Shown here one piece after another: positions 18,085 through 26,919 of a DNA stretch of 64,000 nucleotides. Both the position numbers and the translations under genes were made by a program. The stretch comes from Planctomycetota bacterium (GTDB lineage Bacteria > Planctomycetota > B15-G4): NCBI GenBank assembly GCA_038212275.1, contig JBBQUR010000003.1:32001-96000 (forward strand), in the 5' to 3' direction. Each line of letters opens with the position of its first letter. The first letter of the stretch is position 1. The notes below the pieces were generated by a model, which was not told the DNA's origin, searched no databases, and saw nothing but the letters and a program-made list of their open reading frames with translations.

Positions 18085-19260
18085 TCAGTGCCGCGCCATC
18101 TCCCATCGGTCCGTGAGCGCTGACTGCTGCTGCAGGCGCTTGGCGGCGGCGATCACCTGGAGCAGATGCACGACCTGTCGCCCGCGCCGCGTGGCGAGCG
18201 CGAGCACCGGCAGCGACAGCAGCAGCGCCAGGCCTGCCAGCGCGACCGACAGCAGGACGGGGCCCTTTGAGCGATCGGCCGCAAGCAGCAGCAGCGCCGC
18301 GAGCGCCGCGATGATCGGCACCGCCCAGCCGGACACGAGCACCGGCGCCGCAAGCGGCGCGCGCCGGTAGAAGAGCAGTTGCACGCGGTCCGCGAGCGAT
18401 GCGCCCTTGCGGCTGCGACGCCCCTGCATGACCTGCACGTAGGCGCGTGCGCGGCGCAGCTCCTGGCTGGCCTTCGCCTGCGGGGCGTGCGTCTTCACCT
18501 CCAGGAAGGCCGCGTCGCGCAGCAGCTCGACGTGTGCGCCGCGCTGACGCACCTGGAACATCAGGTCGAGGTCATCGGCGGCGATGCCGGGCGTGGGCAG
18601 CAGCTCGAACTCCGCGCGCCACGCCAGGAGCTGCCCGTGCACGGAGAAAAGCCTGCCGCCGCGCGACTCGATGCGACGCACGCGCGCCGTGGCGCGGTCG
18701 AAGACATCCGCGGCGGGCACGGGCGCGCCGCCGTCGGCGCCGCGGCACGTGCCGTCGGCGTGCAGGTCACGCACGAATTCCTGCGCACCGCAGGCCATGC
18801 CCAGCGCCGCGCGCGCCTCGAAGGCGGCGGCCAGCGCGCCGAGCGATGCGGGCCTGACGATCACGTCCGCATCCGTGAGCACGACGAGGTCCGTCGTCGG
18901 GCGCAACGCCCGGAGCGCGGTCTCGATCGCGCCGGACTTGCCGGGGCGCACGGCGTTGGGCAGCAGCTGCGCACGCACCGGACCGCTCGCGGAGAAGTGC
19001 GCCGCGAGGAAGTCCCGCGCGAGGCTCGCGGTGTCGTCGTCCGAGCCGTCGTCCACGACGAGGAGCATGTGCTGGCGGCCGTCGGGCAGTGCGGGCCACG
19101 CGCAGCGCGCCAGGTTGCGCAGCTTGCGTTCGATGACGGCCGCCTCGTTGTGGCACGGCACGACGACGCCGAGCGCGAGGCCGGTCGCCCGCGCCGGCGC
19201 GGAGCCCGGTGGCTGTCGGGGCGCGCTGTCGGGCGCGGCCAGCGGCTGGGTCGCCGTCAT
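18085..19260 (-). CDS. Family 2 glycosyltransferase with C-terminal TM helices
   Basis: ATG 19260 overlaps the radical-SAM stop. VVVPCHNE, VVDDGSDD.T, GKS.A, TDAD, ADDL, QELRR; hydrophobic C-terminus. Confidence 0.88.
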   Translation of the reverse strand: MTATQPLAAPDSAPRQPPGSAPARATGLALGVVVPCHNEAAVIERKLRNLARCAWPALPDGRQHMLLVVDDGSDDDTASLARDFLAAHFSASGPVRAQLLPNAVRPGKSGAIETALRALRPTTDLVVLTDADVIVRPASLGALAAAFEARAALGMACGAQEFVRDLHADGTCRGADGGAPVPAADVFDRATARVRRIESRGGRLFSVHGQLLAWRAEFELLPTPGIAADDLDLMFQVRQRGAHVELLRDAAFLEVKTHAPQAKASQELRRARAYVQVMQGRRSRKGASLADRVQLLFYRRAPLAAPVLVSGWAVPIIAALAALLLLAADRSKGPVLLSVALAGLALLLSLPVLALATRRGRQVVHLLQVIAAAKRLQQQSALTDRWEMARH

Positions 19261-20375
19261 CCGCGTGGAGAGAGCATCGCGCGCGCGAGCGCCGGCCACT
19301 GTCGCGGCTGGAAGAGCACGTTGTCGGCCTGCGCGCACTCCCAGGTGCAGGCGCAGCGCGTGTCGCGGATGGTGGTGCGCAGCGCGCGGGCCTCCGCGCC
19401 GTCCCAGAGCGCGGCGAGATCCCAGTCCGTGTCGGCCAGGCTGCCGAGGCTCTTGCCGAGGATCTCGCACGGGTGCACCGCGCCGTCCTCGAAAATCACC
19501 GCGGACAGCGTGCCGGCCGTGCAGGGCAGGTGGCTGCTCGTGTCGCCGGTGCGCACGCGGGCGACGTGCTCGTACATGAGCTTGTCGCGCGCGACGGCGA
19601 GCTTCGCCATCGGGAAGTCGAAGTAGGGCAGCGCACCCGATCCCACGAGCGACGCCTTGCGCGCGACCACCTCGCGATAGCGCATGACGTCGACATCGAG
19701 GAGCTGGCGCTCCATCGCCGTGCCGCGGGCGAGGTTGATGGTCACGTTGTCGGGCTGCAGCTCGCGCACCAGCTCCTCGAGATGATCGGCCAGGACGTGC
19801 TGGTTCTCGCTGGTCACCGTGACGATGACTCCGACGCCGAGGTGCCCGGCGTGTTCGCGCTGCTGCTCCTTGTAGCGGCGCACCGAGGCCATCGAGCGCG
19901 CGTGGCCGCCCGGCACCTGGCGGATCGAGTCATGGATCCCGGGCGGGCCGTCGAAGGACACCGACACCGAGAGAAATGTGTCCGGGTTGCGCGCGAGGAT
20001 CTCGTCGACGAGCTTGTGCTGCGTCGGCTCGACGAGGCCGTTGGTCGGGATGGCGAGGTGGCGCAGGCCGTGGCGCCCGAAGGCCTCCGCGAGATCGGCG
20101 AGATCTGGCCGCAGGAAGGGCTCGCCGCCGCCGAAACTCACCCAGAGCAGCGGCCCCATGCGCGCCGCGGAGTCCGCAAGTTTCCGCACGTTGTCCACAG
20201 AGGGCCCGCGGACGCCGGCCGCCACTTCCTTCCAGTGGAAACAGTGACGGCAGCGCGCGTTGCAGACGCCGGTGACGAAGAGCGTGAGGTGCAGCGGCGG
20301 CCCTCGGCGCACCAGGCCGCGACGCATGAACGGCAGGTAGCGCAGGGCGTTCACGAGGGGCCGCGATGATAGCAC
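19257..20375 (-). CDS. Radical SAM protein with SPASM/twitch-type C-terminal domain
   Basis: CNARCRHC, GGGEPFLR, PTNG, VSFDG...HD.IR; C-terminal CTAG....I..DG.V.PCE...CACTWEC. Confidence 0.92.
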   Translation of the reverse strand: MLSSRPLVNALRYLPFMRRGLVRRGPPLHLTLFVTGVCNARCRHCFHWKEVAAGVRGPSVDNVRKLADSAARMGPLLWVSFGGGEPFLRPDLADLAEAFGRHGLRHLAIPTNGLVEPTQHKLVDEILARNPDTFLSVSVSFDGPPGIHDSIRQVPGGHARSMASVRRYKEQQREHAGHLGVGVIVTVTSENQHVLADHLEELVRELQPDNVTINLARGTAMERQLLDVDVMRYREVVARKASLVGSGALPYFDFPMAKLAVARDKLMYEHVARVRTGDTSSHLPCTAGTLSAVIFEDGAVHPCEILGKSLGSLADTDWDLAALWDGAEARALRTTIRDTRCACTWECAQADNVLFQPRQWPALARAMLSPRG

Positions 20376-20418
20376 TGCCGATGTGATCTGCGGCGCGCGG
20401 TGGCGTCATGCGGTCCTG

Positions 20419-20883
20419 ATGACCACACCTCACTGCTGTGCCGATGTTCCGGTGGACCGAGCGCCTGATCCCCGTGGCGCCGATGCCTGGATCTCCACGG
20501 CCGTGGAGCATTGCCTGCAGGTGTGCCGGCGCTCGGCTCCGCGATATGCGTGGCATCTGCGGCGCACGCAGCATTGCCGCGATCCAGTCGATGACCTGCT
20601 CGTGCTTGCGGCGCGGCGGCAGGTGGCCCTGTCCCAGCGCGTGGTGCGGCCCTTGCCCGGCGCGACGCTGCCGGCCACTGCCCGGGCCTTCAACGCGCTG
20701 GATCGTGCGGATCGTCGTGCGCTGCTGGCCCTGATGGCGCCGCTTTCGCCTCCCGGAGATCGCGTCGAGTCACCGGCTGCAGCGCGTGGGGAGCACCTGG
20801 CCTCGGCGCTCGCGCGTCTCGTCGACGGAACTCGAGCGCGCGAGCGGCCGGGGCGCCACAAAAAGCCCCGCCCGCCGCCGTGA
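20419..20883 (+). CDS. Hypothetical protein (faint sigma region-4-like segment)
   Basis: Only plausible ORF in this gap; AFNALDRADRRALL recalls L..L....R..L of region 4. Weak evidence. Confidence 0.3.
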   Translation: MTTPHCCADVPVDRAPDPRGADAWISTAVEHCLQVCRRSAPRYAWHLRRTQHCRDPVDDLLVLAARRQVALSQRVVRPLPGATLPATARAFNALDRADRRALLALMAPLSPPGDRVESPAAARGEHLASALARLVDGTRARERPGRHKKPRPPP

Positions 20884-20901
20884 GTCGGCGACGGGCGGGG
20901 C
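20860..20901 (-). terminator. Rho-independent terminator of the PDZ gene
   Basis: Minus strand reads GCCCCGCCCGTCGCCG-ACTCA-CGGCGGCGGGCGGGGC-TTTTT: a 16-bp stem with one G-U pair and a U-tract, about 35 nt after the stop at 20937. Confidence 0.85.
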
Positions 20902-20936
20902 GGGACAGGTCCGTCCGCAGCGGGCGCGTTCGCGCC

Positions 20937-22583
20937 TCAACCGCGCTGCGGAACGGACAGGCTCCCCACGCCTGGAAGGCCGGGCGTGGTGCCGAGGTTT
21001 GTCGTGCCGGAGTTCATCGCGCCGGAATTCAGTGCACCGGAATTCATCGCACCGGTATCGGGGGCGCTCGCGTCGGGCGCGCTGTCCTGCATCCAGTGGC
21101 CGTCGGCGTCGAGGGTGTAGGTCTCGGTCTTGCCGTCGCGCGTCACGGTCACGGTGCCCTGGCCGTTGCGGATGTCCACGCGCATCGACTGCTTCTGTGT
21201 GCCCGTGCCGTCGAGGTCCATCGCCTGCAGGAATTGCTCGAGCTCCTGATGCCACTCGCCGAGCGACGGCATCATGTCGTCGTCGAACGAGAAGCCCGGC
21301 ATCGCGCCGAACGGACCGCCGGGCAAACCGGGCATACCGGGTTGGCCGGGCTGGCCGGGCTGGCCGGGCATACCGGGCTGGCCGGGCATGACGGGTTGGC
21401 CGGCGCGCAGGCGCGGCAGGTTCGGCCCCGCGCTGACGCCGCCGCCGCTCTGTCCACCGAATGGCAGCATGCGCAGGCCCGGGAGAGCCTCCGCGAGAGC
21501 GCCTCCGGCCCGGCGCTCGCCGAGGCGGACGCGGGCGTCGTGCTGCTCGCCGTCGCGCAGCCAGGTGAGCGCCACGACTGTGCCGGGTTCCTTGCCGGAC
21601 ACCGCGCCGATGAGGTCCGCGGCGGCGGCCAGCGTCTCGCCGTCGATGCTCAGGAGCCGGTCGCCCGGCTGCAGGTCGGCAAACCAGGCCGCGCTTTCGG
21701 GGATGACGGCCACGACGCCCACGCCGGGTCGAGGCGCGGCTCCGTCGTGAGGCGCGGCGGCGGCGGCATCAGGGTCTGCGCCGGAGTCCTGCTGCGCCGC
21801 GTCATCGTCGCGTGATGCAGCGTCGATCGTTTCGCCGAGCTGGACGCCGAGGAAGCCGCCGCGGAAAGAGTCGGCGACGTCCGGCGAGCGCGTCCACGGC
21901 AGCATCCCCGCATCCGGGTCGAAAGGCGCCTGGCGCGGCCGCAGTTCCTGTGTTCCGTTCGGCGCGGCCGGTGCAGGTGCGGCCGGTGCAGGTGCGGCCG
22001 GTGCAGGTGCGGGAGCCGCAGGTTCCGGCATGACGCCGGACAACTGCACGATGCCCTCGCCCTCGCGGATCACGGCCGCACTCACCGCCGCGCCGGGCGC
22101 CCGTCCGGACAGCGCGCGCTTCACATCGACGATGGACTCGATGCGCTCGTCGTCGATGCGCAGCAGAATGTCTTTGGCCGCGATGCCCATCGTCTCCGCC
22201 AGGGAGCCACCGAGGACCTCGGTGATCTGCAGGCCGTCGGCGGTCTGCTGCACCATGACGCCGAGGCGCGGGCCATCGTCGCGTCCGGCAGCACCGGAGC
22301 GGAGTCGCAAGGCCCGCGGCGCGGCCTGCGGTGCGAGCGGGTCGCCGGAGACCTGAGCAGCCGGAACGATCGGCACCTTCATCTGCACTGGCACCTGCAC
22401 AGGCACCGGCACCAGCAGGTTCACCTGCAGTGGGCGAACGGCCATCGAGGCCTGCGCCGACGGCAGCGCGCAGAACGTGCCGTGCCCGCAGGCACCACTG
22501 CTATCCTGCTGCGCCGTCGCGTCGGCGGAGACGGTTCCGAGGACAGCGATCAGGGCCACTCCGGTCATGCGCAGGTGATTCAT
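20937..22583 (-). CDS. Secreted protein with two PDZ domains and Pro/Gly/Gln-rich linkers
   Basis: AGGAG then ATG 22583; signal peptide; RLGV..GLQITEV..GS.AE..GI...DILLRID and FLGV...V.P.SAA..A.LQPGD.LLSIDG; no protease domain. Confidence 0.85.
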   Translation of the reverse strand: MNHLRMTGVALIAVLGTVSADATAQQDSSGACGHGTFCALPSAQASMAVRPLQVNLLVPVPVQVPVQMKVPIVPAAQVSGDPLAPQAAPRALRLRSGAAGRDDGPRLGVMVQQTADGLQITEVLGGSLAETMGIAAKDILLRIDDERIESIVDVKRALSGRAPGAAVSAAVIREGEGIVQLSGVMPEPAAPAPAPAAPAPAAPAPAAPNGTQELRPRQAPFDPDAGMLPWTRSPDVADSFRGGFLGVQLGETIDAASRDDDAAQQDSGADPDAAAAAPHDGAAPRPGVGVVAVIPESAAWFADLQPGDRLLSIDGETLAAAADLIGAVSGKEPGTVVALTWLRDGEQHDARVRLGERRAGGALAEALPGLRMLPFGGQSGGGVSAGPNLPRLRAGQPVMPGQPGMPGQPGQPGQPGMPGLPGGPFGAMPGFSFDDDMMPSLGEWHQELEQFLQAMDLDGTGTQKQSMRVDIRNGQGTVTVTRDGKTETYTLDADGHWMQDSAPDASAPDTGAMNSGALNSGAMNSGTTNLGTTPGLPGVGSLSVPQRG

Positions 22584-22691
22584 CGTGACAACTCCTGAAA
22601 CGTCGGGCGTCTGGCTTGTGTCTCGGGGGCTTCTACCGGTGCGTGCTCCGACGTGTTGGGGGGCGGGCACGGCTCTCGCGCGGGGGGCCGC

Positions 22692-23375
22692 ATGATTCTC
22701 GGCACAGCTTGTCTCGGCGATGGCGCATTGGATGGCGCGGCCGTGCGCGCGGCGCTCACCGTCACGGGCTTGTCGCGGCTGCTGCTCGTGGTGCGCCCGG
22801 GAGCGGCGCTGCCGGCGGGTCCGACGGGATTGCCGAGCCTGCGCGGCGCGCCGGCCGCCGCCGTGCGCGCCGGCTGGGCCGACGCCGCCCTGGCCATCGA
22901 GGTGGCGGCTGCCACGCACGCTGCGCTGCTGGTCCTCGAATTGCCGCGCCTTTTCGGGCTCGAGCGAGCCTGCCGCGAGCTGCACGCCTTCGGGCGGGCG
23001 CAGTCGGGCCTTCGCTGGGCCGTGGCCACACCCGACGCCGGCCCGCTGGCCGAGCCCGACCAGCTCGCGCTGCTGCTGGACGATCTCGCAGGGCAGCGAG
23101 CCGCCTATTGGCACAGGCCGTCGCGCGCCCTGCTGCTCGGCCACGGTGATGTCGCGTGGCTGGAAGCGTGCGGTCGCCACGTGGTGGGCGCGTCGCTCGA
23201 CGATGTCGTGGAGGGCAAGCCCGGTGCGCCGCCAGGCCTCGGCAGCGTGGACTTCCGCGTGTGCGCGGAACTGCTGCCGTCGTCGGCGCTGCTGGCGCTC
23301 GACGTCGAGCCGGTGTCCAATGCCGCCCTGCTGCGCTTCACGTGTGAGCAGCTCCGTCGCACGGGCCTGACCTGA
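22692..23375 (+). CDS. Hypothetical protein, degenerate xylose-isomerase-like TIM barrel
   Basis: C-terminal DD..G....PGLGSVDF...LP......D resembles the HD..G..DH..PG.G.IDF motif but lacks the His ligands. Start uncertain. Confidence 0.5.
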   Translation: MILGTACLGDGALDGAAVRAALTVTGLSRLLLVVRPGAALPAGPTGLPSLRGAPAAAVRAGWADAALAIEVAAATHAALLVLELPRLFGLERACRELHAFGRAQSGLRWAVATPDAGPLAEPDQLALLLDDLAGQRAAYWHRPSRALLLGHGDVAWLEACGRHVVGASLDDVVEGKPGAPPGLGSVDFRVCAELLPSSALLALDVEPVSNAALLRFTCEQLRRTGLT

Positions 23376-23388
23376 GGGACTCCTGATC

Positions 23389-24213
23389 ATGAGCACCAAG
23401 CCCGTCCGACCGCGCGTGCCACTCACCATCGCAGGCTCCGATCCGTCCGGCGGCGCCGGACTGCAGGCGGATCTCAAGGTCTTCCTGCGCTTCGGGCTCT
23501 CGGGCGCTGCAGTGCCGACGGCGATCACCGTGCAGTCGCCCACCGGCGTCCGCGCGGTGCATGCGCTGTCGGCGAACCTCGTGAGTCAGCAGCTCGGCGC
23601 GCTGCTGGCCGACGTGCGCCCGGCGGCCGTCAAGGTGGGCCTGCTGCCCGATGCGGAGTGCGTGCGCGCCGTCGCGCGCGCTCTCGGGCCGCTGGTGCGA
23701 CTTCGCATTCCCATCGTCATCGATCCGGTGCTCGCCGGCAGCGACGGCACGCGCTTCCTGCCGAAGGACGCCGTGTCGGTGTGGATGCGCCACCTGCTGC
23801 CGCTGGCCACGCTCGTCACGCCGAACATCGCCGAGGCGGCCGAACTCGCCGGCTGCGACGAGAAGACGGTGCGCGATGCCACGGATGAGGTCGTCGCCAC
23901 GCTGTGCCAGGCCGGCGCGCGCGCGGTGCTCATCAAGGGCGGTCACGGCACCGGCGACGAGGCGACGGACGTGCTGGGCACCAAGGAGGAGCTGACGCTG
24001 TATTCGCTGCCGCGCGTTCCGCGGCGACGCGCGGTGCACGGCACGGGATGCGCGCTCTCCGCGGCCATCACCGCGCTGCTGGCGCGGGGCCTTTCGCTGG
24101 AGGAATCCGTGCAGGGCGGCAAGGCCTTCGTGGAGCTGGCCATCCGCGGGGCGCGCCACATCGGTCGCGGCAGCCGGCAGCTGGACTTCCTCTCGCAGGG
24201 CGAGCTGGGCTGA
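23389..24213 (+). CDS. thiD: Hydroxymethylpyrimidine/phosphomethylpyrimidine kinase
   Basis: LTIAGSDPSGGAGLQADLK, VKVGLL, IDPV, TPN..EA..L, VLIKGGH, HGTGC.LSAAI. Confidence 0.95.
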   Translation: MSTKPVRPRVPLTIAGSDPSGGAGLQADLKVFLRFGLSGAAVPTAITVQSPTGVRAVHALSANLVSQQLGALLADVRPAAVKVGLLPDAECVRAVARALGPLVRLRIPIVIDPVLAGSDGTRFLPKDAVSVWMRHLLPLATLVTPNIAEAAELAGCDEKTVRDATDEVVATLCQAGARAVLIKGGHGTGDEATDVLGTKEELTLYSLPRVPRRRAVHGTGCALSAAITALLARGLSLEESVQGGKAFVELAIRGARHIGRGSRQLDFLSQGELG

Positions 24214-24270
24214 GGCGCCGCGCGTGTGCGCTGCGCGTGTGCGCCGCGCGTCGTGGCCACGGCGCAGGCG

Positions 24271-25476
24271 TCAGCCGTCGCGGAGCAGGCCGAACCACGC
24301 GGCGAGGAGGCCGAGCGTGCCGGGGCCGTCCATCACGGAGAGGCCCATGTGGCCGCCGCGCGGCAGTTCGCGCGTGACGATCCAGGGATTTCCCGCCGCC
24401 AGTTTCGCCGCCGCGCGCAGGTGCCGGATGGGCACGAGGAAATCGTCCTGCGCGTGCAGCAGCGCGACAGGCACCGCGATCGCTCCGAGCACGGAGGCTT
24501 GCGTCGAGCGCGCCAGGCCCAGGAAGGCGCCCACGAGTTGCGGCTCGGCGGGATAGCGCGGCAGGACGAACTCGCGGATGTAGGCCTCGTAGCCGTCGAC
24601 GCGATGGCCGATCGGCGGGTGCTCGTCGATGCGGAGCCGGAGGTGGCGGTCGAACGCGGCGCGCAGCTGTCCGACGAGCACGCGCTGCAGCGCACCGCGA
24701 GGCTGCGGCAGGTGGCTCGCGTCGTCGAGCGCGAGCACCGCCTCCTGCACGTCCAGCGGCGCGCTGATGCCGAGCACGCCGCCGCGCAGGACGTCGGGCC
24801 GGCCCGCACGCGTGGCCTCGTACGCCGCGCGCACGGCGCACTGCCCGCCGTACGAGAGCCCGAGGATGCCGACCGAGACGCCCTCCGCGTCGGACAGCGC
24901 GCGCGCGGCGGCGAAGAGATCGCGCCCCTCGTGCAGCCCCATGGACGGCGGGAGCGAGCGCCCGCGCAGTCGGCCGTGGTCGCGCATGTCCAGGGCGAAG
25001 ACGTGAAAGCCCCAGCGCCGCAGCAGTTCCGCGTACTCCGCCACGTACAGGCTGGTGTGACTGTCGTACAGGCCGTGCACCACGATGACCACGGGAGCGC
25101 CCGGCGCGCCGACCGAGTGCCGCCCCTGCAGCACGACGCCGTCGGCGCCTGGCACCGAGACCTCCTCGAAGGCCGGATAGGCCGCGTAGGTGGGCGTGCG
25201 CCCTGCCGTGTCGGGATGCTGATCGGCCTCGCGCGTGATGAGCTCGCGGCAGCCCAGCGCCATGAGCGCGCCGTAGGGCGAGAGGTCTGTGCGCGGCGTG
25301 TACGGCGCGGCGAGGAGCGCACGCCCGGCGTCGCCCGCGCGCTCGGCCAGCTGGTCGTGCGGGCTCGGGTCCGGCAGCTCGGGGGCCGGCAGGTCCAGCA
25401 GGCTGGTGATCTGCGGGGCCAGTCGACAGGCCAGCCAGAGCAACATGCTGCCGAGTCTAGCCCGCCTCGGCGACAA
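24271..25476 (-). CDS. YheT-like alpha/beta hydrolase
   Basis: VHGL, DMRDHG, GLSYGG nucleophile, HAQDDFLVP, GGHMG. Start uncertain. Confidence 0.8.
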   Translation of the reverse strand: MSPRRARLGSMLLWLACRLAPQITSLLDLPAPELPDPSPHDQLAERAGDAGRALLAAPYTPRTDLSPYGALMALGCRELITREADQHPDTAGRTPTYAAYPAFEEVSVPGADGVVLQGRHSVGAPGAPVVIVVHGLYDSHTSLYVAEYAELLRRWGFHVFALDMRDHGRLRGRSLPPSMGLHEGRDLFAAARALSDAEGVSVGILGLSYGGQCAVRAAYEATRAGRPDVLRGGVLGISAPLDVQEAVLALDDASHLPQPRGALQRVLVGQLRAAFDRHLRLRIDEHPPIGHRVDGYEAYIREFVLPRYPAEPQLVGAFLGLARSTQASVLGAIAVPVALLHAQDDFLVPIRHLRAAAKLAAGNPWIVTRELPRGGHMGLSVMDGPGTLGLLAAWFGLLRDG

Positions 25477-25586
25477 GCCCTACTGTGGTGGCTCACCCTG
25501 CTCCGGGAGCGCACCCGGCTGAGCGGGAGCGCGGGCGGCCGGAGCCTCCGGGGCGGCCATCGGGCAACCGGAGCACGAGCGCACAC

Positions 25587-25616
25587 TTGACCGGATGCGC
25601 TTCCGCCAAGTATGAC
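25587..25616 (+). promoter_or_regulatory. Putative sigma-70 promoter for tRNA-Gly
   Basis: TTGACC (25587-25592), 18-nt spacer, TATGAC (25611-25616), about 27 nt before the tRNA. Confidence 0.4.
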
Positions 25617-25643
25617 CTTGGCGCTCGTTGCATCAGACTTCGA

Positions 25644-25718
25644 GCGGGTGTAGCTCAGTGGTAGAGCACAACGTTGCCAACGTTGTTGTCGACGGTTCAA
25701 TCCCGTTCACCCGCTCCA
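25644..25718 (+). tRNA. tRNA-Gly (GCC)
   Basis: GCGGGTG/CACCCGC acceptor stem; D arm AGCTCAGTGGTAGAGC; anticodon arm CAACG-TTGCCAA-CGTTG; T arm GGTTCAATCCC; encoded CCA. Confidence 0.97.
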
Positions 25719-25780
25719 TCTCCCTCCCGCGCGGCCGGGCCTCCCGCGACCCCGCCGCCACCACGCGGAGGACGTCGCCC

Positions 25781-25821
25781 GACCGAGGCCAGACCGAGGC
25801 CAGACCGAGGCCAGACCGAGG
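25781..25821. repeat. 11-bp tandem repeat GACCGAGGCCA x3.7
   Basis: Perfect copies visible between the tRNA and the oxidoreductase gene. Confidence 0.9.
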
Positions 25822-25848
25822 GATGGTGAATCACCAGGGAGAGGCCCT

Positions 25849-26919
25849 TTGAGCGCGCACACGACCGGTGCGAGCGACTCCGGCGGCCCTGCAACCCTGC
25901 GTCCGCTGCGGGTCGGCGTGGTGGGCGCGAGGCAGGCCGTGCAGGGCATCGGGGCCTACGTGGCCCGGGAATTCGCTCGGGCGGGCTGCGATGTCGTCGG
26001 CATCGTCGGCACCAGCGCGGCGACGGTGGCCGAGGCGCGCGTGGATCTCGAGCGGCGCTTCGGCCTGTCCTGCGAGGGCTACACGCAACTTGCGGAGCTG
26101 CTTGCGCGGCAGCGGCCGGACATCGTGGCGCTCTGCTCGCCGGCCGGCGGCCATCGCGAGCAACTGGCCGAGGCGCTGGCCGCTGGCGTCCACGTCTTCT
26201 GCGAGAAACCGCTCTGGTGGGACGATTCGTGCCGCTCCTCGGCCGGCGGCGACGCACTGGCTTCGGTGGTGGCCGGCATGGCGCAGGGCTTTGCCGACCG
26301 CGGGCTGCTGCTGGAGCTCAACACGCAATGGCCGTGCACGCTGGAGAGCTATCGCCGCCTGCATCCGGACGTGCTGCGGGGCGAGGCCCCGTGGCCCGTG
26401 TCGCGCTTCGACATGCTGCTCTCGCCGATCCGCCGCGGCCCTGACCTCGTGGTGGACGGCGCGCCGCACGCGTTGTCGCTGCTGGCGGCGCTGACGGGCC
26501 ACGGCCGCGTGGAGGCCGTGTCCGCGCGCTGGCCGGGCCCCGACGACACGGCGCTGGACCTCGCCTTTCGCTACGTGCACGCACGCGGGGAGACGGCCGT
26601 TTCGCTGCGCCTGCGCACCTGCCCGCAGCAGCCGCGGCCTGCGGGATACGGGGTCGATGGCGCCTGGGCCGAGCGACAGGTCACCCAGCCGGGGTATCGC
26701 ATGTCGCTTTCCGCGGCCGGCCGCAGCGAGCCGCTGCACGATCCGCTGGACCTGCGCGTGGCCCGATTCGTGGCCGACGTGAGGGCCCGGAAGGCCACCG
26801 ACGTGCAGGGCCTCGTTGAAAGCCTGGTCAACCTGCGCGATCTTGTGGCGGCGGCGGAGGATCGAGACAGGCCCCGACCTGGGCCGGCAGCAGATCCAGC
26901 ATCAGAGGTTCCGGCATGA
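25849..26919 (+). CDS. Gfo/Idh/MocA-family oxidoreductase
   Basis: LRVGVVGA...GIG; D.V.LCSP...H......L.AG.HVFCEKPL. Confidence 0.85.
   Translation: MSAHTTGASDSGGPATLRPLRVGVVGARQAVQGIGAYVAREFARAGCDVVGIVGTSAATVAEARVDLERRFGLSCEGYTQLAELLARQRPDIVALCSPAGGHREQLAEALAAGVHVFCEKPLWWDDSCRSSAGGDALASVVAGMAQGFADRGLLLELNTQWPCTLESYRRLHPDVLRGEAPWPVSRFDMLLSPIRRGPDLVVDGAPHALSLLAALTGHGRVEAVSARWPGPDDTALDLAFRYVHARGETAVSLRLRTCPQQPRPAGYGVDGAWAERQVTQPGYRMSLSAAGRSEPLHDPLDLRVARFVADVRARKATDVQGLVESLVNLRDLVAAAEDRDRPRPGPAADPASEVPA

Noticed and set aside
20937..23543. 868-aa version of the PDZ protein
   Set aside because: The extension is antisense to the 22692 gene and thiD; the RBS and signal peptide point to 22583.
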